A stretch of DNA of 64,000 nucleotides from an uncultured Actinomycetes bacterium (lineage in GTDB: Bacteria > Actinomycetota > Acidimicrobiia > IMCC26256 > PALSA-610): positions 532,979-596,978 of the forward strand of contig CAWASN010000007.1 in the NCBI GenBank assembly GCA_963784845.1. The letters are read 5' to 3'. Every line of letters starts with the position of its first letter. Position 1 is the first letter of the stretch. The position numbers were made by a program, and so were the translations under genes. The notes beneath the pieces were generated by a model. The model was not told the origin of the DNA. It searched no databases and was given only the letters and a program-made list of their open reading frames with translations. This document shows, one piece after another, positions 27,895-37,770 of this stretch.

Positions 27895-28278
27895 GTGTCC
27901 ACCCTGCGTATCTCGCTTCCGCAGACAGCGGCCAGCCCGGCCCGGGCGCGCCGGCAGTTGAGCCGGTTCGCCGCTGACAACGAGCTCTCCGACCGGGCGA
28001 GCGTCGCGCTGCTCGTCCTGAGCGAGCTCGTGACCAACGCAGTCCTGCACGGCACCGACCCCATCGATGTCCTCGTCAGCAGCGAGGGCGACCTGATGCG
28101 CATCGAGGTGTCCGACGGCGGCTCCGGGCCCGGCGATTTCGGGCCCGGCGCGAACCGCGGGCCCGACGACCTCGGCGGCCGCGGGCTGCAGATCGTCGAC
28201 TCGCTTGCGCGGCGTTGGGGGATCGTGCGCCGCGACGACGGCAAGACCGTCTGGGCCGAGGTCGGCCTCGACGCCTAG
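27895..28278 (+). CDS. HATPase_c-type anti-sigma regulatory factor (RsbW-like serine kinase)
   Basis: N-box LSELVTNAVLHG, G1 IEVSDGGSGP, G2 GGRGLQIVDSLARRWG. GTG 27895 follows GGAAGAGGAGAG. Confidence 0.75.
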   Translation: MSTLRISLPQTAASPARARRQLSRFAADNELSDRASVALLVLSELVTNAVLHGTDPIDVLVSSEGDLMRIEVSDGGSGPGDFGPGANRGPDDLGGRGLQIVDSLARRWGIVRRDDGKTVWAEVGLDA

Positions 28279-28287
28279 GGGAGGCGA

Positions 28288-29769
28288 TCAGGCGAGCTCC
28301 GGCGCCTCTCGCACGACGTCCGACGGAATCTTGTCGGTCCGGATGCCGAGGAACGTGGGATGGCGCACGTTGCCCGAGCTCGTCCACTCGCTGAATCGAA
28401 CCTCGACCACGACCGTCGGTTCGACGAAGCGGGCGCCCTTGGGGATCCGCCCCCCGGCGAAGGGGCTGTCGGCGCGCCCGTGCTCTTCGAATCGTCGTTC
28501 GAGCTCACTGATGGCGTCGCCGGTCAGGCCGCTTCCCACCTTCCCGGCGAATCGCAGACGATCCCCGTCGTAGTAGCCCACGAGCAACGAGCCGATGCTG
28601 CCGGTGCGGCCCTTCTCGCCCGGCTGCCACCCGCCGACGACGAATTCCTGGCGGAGCCGGTTCTTCACCTTCAGCCAACCGCGTGATCTCCGGCCCGCCT
28701 CGTAGCGGCCGTCGACACGTTTGGCGACGACACCCTCGAGGCCGAAACGGCGACTGACCTCGATGGTCGTCCCGCCGTCGCCGACCTCGTTCGGTGGCGT
28801 CTGCCACGACTCGCCGTTGAGCGCGAGCTCGCACAACCGGGCACGGCGTTCGGTGTACGGCAACGTCATCGTCGAGCGTCCGTCGAGCCAGAGCAAATCG
28901 AACAGCACATAGGTGACCGGGATCTCCCGTGCGAGCCTGCGGATGGTGGCCTCACTCTCGACGTGCATGCGCCGCTGCAACAGCTCGAAGCTCGGACGCC
29001 CGGACTCGTCGAAGGCGACGATCTCGCCGTCGAGGACGACCTCGCGCGCGCCGAGCGTCTCGCCGAGCCGCCGGAGCTCGGGATAGCGGCGGGTGACGTC
29101 GTTGCCGTTGCGACTCAAGAGCCGGATCCGTCCGCCGTCGACGTAGCCGATGGCTCGGATGCCGTCCCATTTCAGCTCGAACGACCAGCCTTCTCCTCGG
29201 GGCGCCTCGGCGGCCGGGGTGGCCAACATCGGTCGCAGATCGTTCGGGGGCGTGGTGCGTTCGGGATCGTCGGGCGGGTCCATGCGGTGGATCATCCACT
29301 GGTTTCCTCGAGTGCGGAACAGCACATACCTCCCGCGGACCCGGGAGCCGGCGAACGTGACCATGACCTCCTTGTCCGACCACTTGTGCGTCTCGTAGGT
29401 ACCGGTGTCCCATACGCCCATCGATCCTCCGCCGTACTCGCCGGGCGGGATCTCGCCGGTGAAGGTCAGGTACTCGAGCGGATGGTCCTCGGTCCGTACT
29501 GCGAGGTGGTTCCGTTTCGGGTCGACCGGTATTCCCTTGGGAACGGCCCACGAGGTGAGCACGCCGTCTCGCTCGAGTCGCAAGTCCCAGTGCAGCGCTC
29601 GGGCATGGTGTTCTTGGACGACGAAACGCGCGCCGGCGCCGCCCGGTGGCCCGTCGCCGCCCGGTGGCCTGGCGCCGCGCGGGCCGGGTCCCGACCGAGG
29701 CGGCGGCTCGGGCGTCGCGGCGAAGTCGCGCTTGGCTGCGTACTCGTCGAGCTCGCGGCGGCGGGCCAT
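28288..29769 (-). CDS. ligD: ATP-dependent DNA ligase LigD (3'-phosphoesterase + ligase domains; no polymerase domain)
   Basis: PE domain FVVQEHHARALHWDLRLE...WAVPKG. Ligase motif I is ELKWDGIRA. Later motifs are EGVVAKR and WLKVK. Intact from ATG 29769. Confidence 0.9.
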   Translation of the reverse strand: MARRRELDEYAAKRDFAATPEPPPRSGPGPRGARPPGGDGPPGGAGARFVVQEHHARALHWDLRLERDGVLTSWAVPKGIPVDPKRNHLAVRTEDHPLEYLTFTGEIPPGEYGGGSMGVWDTGTYETHKWSDKEVMVTFAGSRVRGRYVLFRTRGNQWMIHRMDPPDDPERTTPPNDLRPMLATPAAEAPRGEGWSFELKWDGIRAIGYVDGGRIRLLSRNGNDVTRRYPELRRLGETLGAREVVLDGEIVAFDESGRPSFELLQRRMHVESEATIRRLAREIPVTYVLFDLLWLDGRSTMTLPYTERRARLCELALNGESWQTPPNEVGDGGTTIEVSRRFGLEGVVAKRVDGRYEAGRRSRGWLKVKNRLRQEFVVGGWQPGEKGRTGSIGSLLVGYYDGDRLRFAGKVGSGLTGDAISELERRFEEHGRADSPFAGGRIPKGARFVEPTVVVEVRFSEWTSSGNVRHPTFLGIRTDKIPSDVVREAPELA

Positions 29770-29959
29770 GAACGGCACGGTATTGCACGAACACTGCTGC
29801 GCCGGGGGGAACGTCGAGGCCGGGCGGCAACCCTCGACGTTCCCCAACCGGTGCTGCGCGGAGTCCGGCCGCACCGTGCGGGGGGCGGTACGAGCGGGCT
29901 CCATGACCCGGTACCCGATGGTCGCGACGCGCAAACCGGTGAATCGAAATTCTTCTCGT

Positions 29960-29982
29960 GCGCGCCGGGGACCCCGGCGCGC
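29960..29982. promoter_or_regulatory. 23 bp perfect palindrome in the ligD / metY divergent intergenic region (candidate operator or hairpin)
   Basis: The sequence gcgcgccgggg a ccccggcgcgc has 11 bp arms. It lies about 95 nt upstream of metY ATG 30078. Confidence 0.3.
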
Positions 29983-30077
29983 GCCCCGATGCGGCTCTAT
30001 TTCCTACTGGACTCGTCGGGAATTGGGACCTACCGTTGCCCCGAGCCGAAGCCGACCCACGTGGAGGGCGAGCGAAC

Positions 30078-31385
<1,308 letters not shown>

Positions 31386-31388
31386 CCG

Positions 31389-32517
31389 ATGAGCAATCCG
31401 CCCGTCACGGGCGCCTGGCGCCCGGGTGATCCGCCCGGTCGACGCCAGTTCGCGACCCTCTTCACCGACACTCCGGTCGCGTTGCGGGCGGGCGGGACGT
31501 TGGGGCCGGTCTCGGTCGCGTTCGAGACCTGGGGCACGCTGAACGCCGACCGGTCCAACGCGTTGCTCTTGCTGCACGCGCTCACGCTCGACAGTCATGC
31601 GGCGGGGCCGGTCGAGCCGGGCCACCCGCAACTCGGGTGGTGGAATTCGCTCATCGGTCCCGGGCGCGCGATCGACACCGATCGCTTCTTCGTCGTGTGC
31701 CCGAACATCCTTGGTGGATGTCAGGGCACGACCGGGCCCTCGTCGATCGATCCCGAGACGGGTCGCGCGTACGGATCGCGCTTCCCGGTCACGACGATCC
31801 GCGACCAGGTCGACGTGGAAGCAGCCCTCGCCGACCACCTCGGCATCGAGTGTTGGTATTCGGTGATCGGTGGTTCGATGGGCGGTCAGCGAGCGCTCGA
31901 GTGGGCTGTGAAGTATCGCGGATCGCGTGCCGCGCGCCGTCGTCATCGCGTGCGGCGCGGCGGCGACCGCCGAACAGATTGCCTTGTGCTCGCTGCAGAT
32001 CCGCGCCATCGAGGCCGACGCGCATTTCCACGGTGGCGACTACTACGAGAAATCCGTCGGTCCGTGGCGGGGATTGTCACTCGCTCGCGGTATGGGACAG
32101 GTCTCGTACCGCTCCGAGATCGAGCTCGAGCAGCGATTCAACCGCGGGCACCAGAACGACGAGCATCCGTTCGAGGGCGGGCTGTACACGATCGAGTCGT
32201 ACCTCGAGTACCACGGCGAGAAGCTCGCGCACCGCTTCGACGCGAACACGTACGTCGTGTTGTCGCGGGCGATGAACCACCACGACGTCGGGCGTGGTCG
32301 CGGAGGAGTCGCGTCCACGCTCGGCCGCGTGAACGCCGACGTGACGATCGCCGGCATCTCGAGCGATCGTCTCTATCCGCTGCGCCTCCAACACGAGCTG
32401 GCCGATCTGATCCCGCGCAACAAAGGGGTCGAGGTGATCGACTCCATCGGTGGCCACGACGGCTTCCTGACCGAGCACGAGGCAATCGGCGACATCATCG
32501 CGGGCGCCCTCGTCTGA
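31389..32517 (+). pseudogene. metX: homoserine O-acetyltransferase (MetX); frameshift near 31920
   Basis: NALLLLHALTLDSHAAG, FFVVCPNILGGCQGTTGPSS, SVIGGSMGGQRALEW. It continues in ORF 31927..32517 with ISSDRLYPL and GGHDGFL. Confidence 0.9.
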
Positions 32518-32533
32518 GCGCGCGGTCGCTGCG

Positions 32534-33139
32534 TCAGTTGCGTTCCCAGACCTTCGGGGCGCGGCCCCGGCCGGAATGCTTCGGGTCGTCGATCGGGTCG
32601 GTGACGGTGCCGGCGGCCGCGAGCTCGTCGAGCACCTTGCGGACGGTCGCGGGCGACCCGCCGACCTCGCGCATGATTCCGTTGACCGTCAGCCAGGTGC
32701 CGGCAGGCTTGGCCGTGATCGTCTCCGCGAGATCGCGGAGGCTGACCCGCGGCGCGCGGGTCGGCGTGGGCTTGACTCGCGATGATCCTCGGCCGAACGC
32801 CGCGTCGAGCACCCGACGAGGCACACCGAGTGCCGCAAAGTCCTCGCGCTTGTAACCGTGAATCTTGGCCCAGACCTTTGCGTATTTCGCGAAGGTCTCT
32901 TCGGCGTCATTCCCAACAACGATGTCGGCGACTCGCTCGCGTTCTTGCTTGATTGCCTCGAGCTTGGCCAGCGGATCGGTGATGCCTTTGGTGGCCGTCT
33001 CGAAATCGGGCTTGGGGCGGGCCTGGCGACCCCGCGGCTTCGGGGCTCCCATCCCGGCCAGATACTGAGTGACCGCCTCTTCTGCCTCCACCGATGCCGA
33101 CACTCGGACCTCGCTCTTTGCAGCTGACTTCCGCGGCAT
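32534..33139 (-). CDS. hypothetical protein with C-terminal winged-helix-like segment
   Basis: ATG 33139 MPRKSAAKSE... The C-terminus reads LTVNGIMREVGGSPATVRKVLDELAAAG. No family recognised. Confidence 0.5.
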   Translation of the reverse strand: MPRKSAAKSEVRVSASVEAEEAVTQYLAGMGAPKPRGRQARPKPDFETATKGITDPLAKLEAIKQERERVADIVVGNDAEETFAKYAKVWAKIHGYKREDFAALGVPRRVLDAAFGRGSSRVKPTPTRAPRVSLRDLAETITAKPAGTWLTVNGIMREVGGSPATVRKVLDELAAAGTVTDPIDDPKHSGRGRAPKVWERN

Positions 33140-33316
33140 TCCTTCCGACCTTTCTCCGGCATCGTGCTGCAATGCCGTAAATCTCCGTGCCCGAAGATCA
33201 TCGGACCCTGTCTATGAATGGTGCCTGTCTCCGAAGCGGTTTATCACATGAACCAAATAGGGCTCACGCCGTGCTATGACCTCAAGCCGGTTCCGGCCAT
33301 GCCTTATGTTGAGCTG

Positions 33317-33760
33317 ATGAGCACTCTCGATGACTTCTCCCGGCTCGCGGGCGCCGACGGCGGGTTGTGCGTCGTCACGACGGTTCGCGACGACGCGAGC
33401 GTGCAGGCGTCGGTCGTGAACGCGGGTGTTCTCGCTCACCCGGTTTCGGGGTCGCCCGTCGTCGCGCTCGTCGCGATCGGTAGCTCGCGCAAGCTCGCGA
33501 ATCTGCGGCGCCGGCCCCAGACCACCCTCGTGGCGAAGTCGGGGTGGGCATGGGTGAGCGTGGAGGGCCGCGCCGAGTTGTTCGGACCCGACGACCCGCT
33601 CGCGGATCTCGATCGCGACCGGCTCCGGCTCGTGTTGCGCGAAGTGTTCCGCAGCGCCGGCGGCACCCATGACGATTGGGACGAGTACGACCGCGTGATG
33701 GCGGTCGAGCACCGCACCGCCGTCTTCGTGACGCCCGCGCGGATCTACACCAACGGCTGA
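33317..33760 (+). CDS. PPOX-class (pyridoxamine 5'-phosphate oxidase-like) probable F420-dependent enzyme
   Basis: MSTLDDFSRLAGADGGLCVVTTVRDDASVQASVVNAGVL...SRKLANLRRRPQTTLV...GWAWVSVEGRAEL. The start was chosen at the ATG nearest the conserved core. Confidence 0.65.
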   Translation: MSTLDDFSRLAGADGGLCVVTTVRDDASVQASVVNAGVLAHPVSGSPVVALVAIGSSRKLANLRRRPQTTLVAKSGWAWVSVEGRAELFGPDDPLADLDRDRLRLVLREVFRSAGGTHDDWDEYDRVMAVEHRTAVFVTPARIYTNG

Positions 33761-34218
33761 ACGCCGTCGTCGGTCTCGAGCCCGATCTCGGCCAGGACGT
33801 CGCGATACCGGCTGGCCTTGGCCTGGAGCTCGGCGAGGAACCCCTGGAGCATTCCGAGCTTCTGATTCACCTCGTGCTGCAGTCGCGCGTTGAGGTCGAT
33901 CGCTTCGCCCACCATCTCGCGCCGCCGGGTGGGTGAGATGCCACGCCGGGCCTCGGCTCGCAGTTCGGCCAGTCGATCCTCGGTCTGCAAGATGAGACGG
34001 ATGCGCTCGAGATCGAACCCCATCACGTCGCGGAGCTCGAGGATGCGCTGCAGCCGTTCGATGTCGGCGGCCGAATAGAGCCGGTTGCCCCGCCGGGTCA
34101 CATCCGACGGCTGGAGGAGGCCCATCTCCTGGTAATAGCGCAGCGTGCGCGTCGTGACCTTGGCGTTCTTGGCGACCTCACCGATCGCGAACAGTGGTTC
34201 GGTCCCGGTATTCGTCAT
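33745..34218 (-). CDS. MerR family transcriptional regulator
   Basis: FAIGEVAKNAKVTTRTLRYYQEMGLLQPS..RRGNRLYSAADIERLQRILELR. ATG 34218 overlaps the MFS stop (ATGA). Confidence 0.85.
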   Translation of the reverse strand: MTNTGTEPLFAIGEVAKNAKVTTRTLRYYQEMGLLQPSDVTRRGNRLYSAADIERLQRILELRDVMGFDLERIRLILQTEDRLAELRAEARRGISPTRRREMVGEAIDLNARLQHEVNQKLGMLQGFLAELQAKASRYRDVLAEIGLETDDGVQPLV

Positions 34219-36005
34219 GCCGGCACCCATTCTTCCGGTTCCGGAGCCTCGTCGCCGTGCAGACCGGGTCCGGTCGGTGCACCGAAGGGGCCGACCGGCG
34301 CGGGCTCCCCCGCGGAATCCTTCGCGACATAGCGCCCGCCCCGGAGCCACGACGCCGCGGCGGCGACGAGACACATGAGCAACGACGCGACGAACGCGAT
34401 CCGGAGCCCGTGCATGAACGGGTCGGCGATCAAGTGGGGGAAGAACGTCTTTCCCGTGATCTGCGCGAACTGCGACTGTGAGACTCCGGCCTGCGACGCG
34501 CTGCCGAGCAGCTTCTGCATCGGGTTGTAGCCGAGGAACGCGGAGAAGAGGCTGCCCACGGGCGGGGCGGCAGCGATCGCCCGGGCCTTGGCCGGGGCGA
34601 CCCCGTTCGATCGCAACGCCGTCGACATCGAGTGCGGGAGGGTCGCCGAAAGACCCACGATCAACAGCGAGAAGAACACGCCGACCGACAGCACCATCCC
34701 GCCGTTCTGGAACGTGGCGCGCATGCCCGAGGCGGCGCCGCGGTTCTCGGGCGGGACGCTGTTCATGATGCCTGTCATGTTCGGCGCCGCGAACAGCCCC
34801 ATGCCGATGCCGTTCATCAATAGCAGCGCCGCGAAGACCGGGAACGAGAAGTCGGCGGGCAAGAACGTGAGCAGACCGAAGCTCGCGGCCGCGACGAACA
34901 TGCCGCCCGTCGCGAACGGCCGGGCCCCGTACCGGTCGGAGAGCCAGCCCGCGACGGGGCCTGCGAGCAGGAAGCCTCCCGTCAGCGGGAGCATGTAGAT
35001 GCCCGCCCACAACGGCGTGCGCTCGAAGCTGTAGCCGTGGAGCGGGAGCCAGATGCCCTGCAGCCAGATGATCAGGACGAACTGCATGCCGCCGCGGCCG
35101 ATCGACGACAACAGACCGGCGATATTGCCCATGGCGAAGGCGCGAATGCGGAACAGGTCGAGTTGGAACATCGGATCTTCGACTCGAGTCTCGATCCAGC
35201 CGAACACCAACAACAGCACGGCACCGCCGATGAGCTCGAAGAGCACCCACGGTCCGGTCCAGCCCATGTTGCTGCCGCCATGGGGCAACAGGCCGTAGGT
35301 CAGCCCGATGAGGATCATGACGAGTCCGGCGCCGAAGGTGACGTTGCCCCACCAGTCGATGCGCGCCCTCTTCTGTACGCCGACCTCCCGCAGCTTCAGG
35401 TAGGCCCACACGGTTCCGAACACGCCGATCGGGACGTTGACCCAGAACACGGCGCGCCAGTCGACGTCGGCGAGCACACCCCCGACGACGAGACCGATGA
35501 ACGCGCCCGCCATGCCCGCGATGACACTCACACCGATCGCGAACCCGCGCTGGGTCGCGGGGAACGCGTCGGTGAGAATCGCGGCCGAGTTGGCGGTGAG
35601 GAGCGCACCGCCGATGCCCTGCACGACGCGGAAGATGATCAACCACATCGCGCCCTTCGACCCGTACCACGGACACAACGACAACGCGAGTGACGCCGCG
35701 CTGAACACTGCGAAGCCTGCGTTGTACATGCGGACACGTCCGTACATGTCGCCGAGCCGGCCGAACGTCACTACCAGCACGGCGGTGACCACGAGGTAGC
35801 CCATCAGCATCCAGAGCAGGTATCCGACGTTCGCGGGCTGCAGCGGATCGAGTCGGATGCCGCGAAAGATCGCGGGCAGCGAGATGAGGACGATCGAAGA
35901 ATCGAGGGACGCCATGAACACGCCGAGGGTCGTATTCGAAAGTGCCACCCACCGGTAACGATCGTTCGCCCTCGGAGCGACGGGTTCCTCGGCGGTGAGG
36001 GCCAT
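34215..36005 (-). CDS. MFS transporter, DHA2 (EmrB/QacA-like, 14-TM) family
   Basis: Intact 596 aa from ATG 36005 with a GGAGG Shine-Dalgarno. Motifs are LGVFMASLDSSIVLISLP and GRLGDMYGRVRMY, with many hydrophobic helices. Confidence 0.9.
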   Translation of the reverse strand: MALTAEEPVAPRANDRYRWVALSNTTLGVFMASLDSSIVLISLPAIFRGIRLDPLQPANVGYLLWMLMGYLVVTAVLVVTFGRLGDMYGRVRMYNAGFAVFSAASLALSLCPWYGSKGAMWLIIFRVVQGIGGALLTANSAAILTDAFPATQRGFAIGVSVIAGMAGAFIGLVVGGVLADVDWRAVFWVNVPIGVFGTVWAYLKLREVGVQKRARIDWWGNVTFGAGLVMILIGLTYGLLPHGGSNMGWTGPWVLFELIGGAVLLLVFGWIETRVEDPMFQLDLFRIRAFAMGNIAGLLSSIGRGGMQFVLIIWLQGIWLPLHGYSFERTPLWAGIYMLPLTGGFLLAGPVAGWLSDRYGARPFATGGMFVAAASFGLLTFLPADFSFPVFAALLLMNGIGMGLFAAPNMTGIMNSVPPENRGAASGMRATFQNGGMVLSVGVFFSLLIVGLSATLPHSMSTALRSNGVAPAKARAIAAAPPVGSLFSAFLGYNPMQKLLGSASQAGVSQSQFAQITGKTFFPHLIADPFMHGLRIAFVASLLMCLVAAAASWLRGGRYVAKDSAGEPAPVGPFGAPTGPGLHGDEAPEPEEWVPA

Positions 36006-36027
36006 GATCGGGTGCCTCCGATGATTG

Positions 36028-36054
36028 ACGTCAACGTCAACGTCAACGTCAACG
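36028..36054. repeat. hexanucleotide tandem repeat (acgtca) x4.5 immediately upstream of the MFS-MerR operon
   Basis: The plus strand reads ttg acgtca acgtca acgtca acgtca acg. The operon strand therefore reads (GTTGAC)4. The 10 bp palindrome TTGACGTCAA sits at 36025-36034. Confidence 0.9.
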
Positions 36055-36144
36055 CTAGCGGATGCCGGGACGGGTGGGAACGCCGGCGCGCCCGCGAGGC
36101 CGTGGCGCCGGCCCGAGCCGAACTCGGTTGGTCGCGGTCCGCGA

Positions 36145-37588
36145 TCAACCCTCGCGGCGGAGCGCGACCCGGGCCGCGTGCCAGCCGCACATGCCATGCA
36201 CACCGCCGCCCGGCGGGGTCGACGACGAGCAGAGGTACACACCGCGCACCGGTGTTGCCCAGGGGTGCAGTGAAAAGCGAGGACGACCGAAGAACTGGCG
36301 CAGGTCGGCGACACCGCCGTTGATGTCGCCGCCGACGTAGTTCGCGTCGTGAGCCTCCATCGCGGCCGGACCCATCGTGTGTCGCCCGAGCACGAGGTCG
36401 CCGAAGCCCGGGGCGAACCGCTCGACCTGGGCTTCGATCGCGCCCGTCATGTCGACGGTCGACCCCGCGGGCACATGGCAGTAGGCCCACGCCGTGTGCT
36501 TGCCGGCCGGCGCTCGGGTGTCGTCGAACAGGCTCGGCTGGGCGAACAGCGTGAACGGGCGATCGGGGTGGAGGTTTCGCTGTACGTCGTGCTCGGCCGC
36601 GGTGACCTCGGCGACGGTCCCGCCGAGATGCACGGTCGCGGCACGCCCGATCTCGGGGTTCGTCCAGGGCACCGGTCCGTCGAGCGCCCAGTCGACCTTG
36701 AACACTCCGGGTCCGTAGCGAAAGCGGGAGAGCGCGCGCCGGTAGCGGGCCGGAAAGCGGCCGTCGTCGATCGCCAGGACCTGACGGGGGGTGAGGTCGA
36801 GCAGGGTTGCCCGCGCCGCGGAATATGGCGGAGCGACGTGACCGGGCTGTCGCACAGGACGGTTCCGCCGTGCGCGACGACGATCCGCGCGAGGGCGGCC
36901 GCGATCGCGCCAGAACCTCCTTTCGCCATCGGCCAGCCCACGTGGTGCCCGAGCACCCCGAGGAAGAGGCCGAAGCCGGCCGTGATCGGCGCGCCGAGGT
37001 CGAGGATGGCGTGGCCGGCCAGTCCGGCGAACAACGCGGCGGCTTCGTCGGTCTCGAAACGCTGTCCGACGCTCGTCGCGGAGCGCACGCCGACCGCGCC
37101 GTACCGCGCCAAGACGAACGGGTGTCGGGGCGGCACGTCGAGCGGAGACATGAGCCCGGCGATCAACGCGTCACCGGCGTCGACGAACGGACCGAACAGA
37201 CGTCGGTATGTGTGCGAGTCGCGTCCGAGCCCGGCCGCGGTGGTGGCGACGCTGCGTTCGAGGAAGGCCGCGCGGCCACCGTCGAGCGGATGCGCGAGGG
37301 CGCGTCGGGGTGGATCCACTCGAGCCCGTGCGCGCCGAGGGAGAGCGAGCGCATCGCGGGAGAGGCCACGCCGAGGGGATGGATCGCCGAACACACGTCG
37401 TGCACGAAGCCGGGCCGCGTGAACTGCTCCGTGCGGAGGCCGCCGCCGATCTCGGACGCGGCCTCCAGCACCAGGACGCGCCACCCGGCCCGCGCGAGAG
37501 TGGCCGCAGCGACGAGACCGTTCGGTCCGGCGCCCACGACGACGGCGTCGAACTCTCGGTCGTCTCTCAGTCTCGGTGTTGTCGCCAC
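36145..37588 (-). pseudogene. NAD(P)/FAD-dependent oxidoreductase, phytoene desaturase (CrtI-like) family; 2 frame disruptions
   Basis: GTG 37588 ...[38 protein letters not shown]. The middle part lies in ORF 36447..37484 ([17 protein letters not shown]). The C-terminus lies in ORF 36145..36855 (GGDINGG..YLCSSSTPPGGGVHGMCG). Confidence 0.75.
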
Positions 37589-37770
37589 AGGTCCCGGACG
37601 AGGGCGGGCCCGAAGTCCTGTTCGAGCACCTGGGTTATCACGCCGCAGTCGCGCGCATCGGCGCGGAACCGGTGCTGATCGTCGACGATCAGCACCGAAC
37701 CGTCCTGGTCGCTCCGTCCGTGGCACTCATCTCGTCGTTGATGATGGCACCTTGCGGTCGGCTCGGCGGT

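Noticed and set aside
29770-30077. A SAM riboswitch (SAM-I or SAM-IV) upstream of metY-metX.
   Set aside because: I could not recognise the conserved core sequences or the pairing pattern by eye. Only the 23 bp palindrome stands out. A covariance-model scan is needed, so no ncRNA feature is reported.
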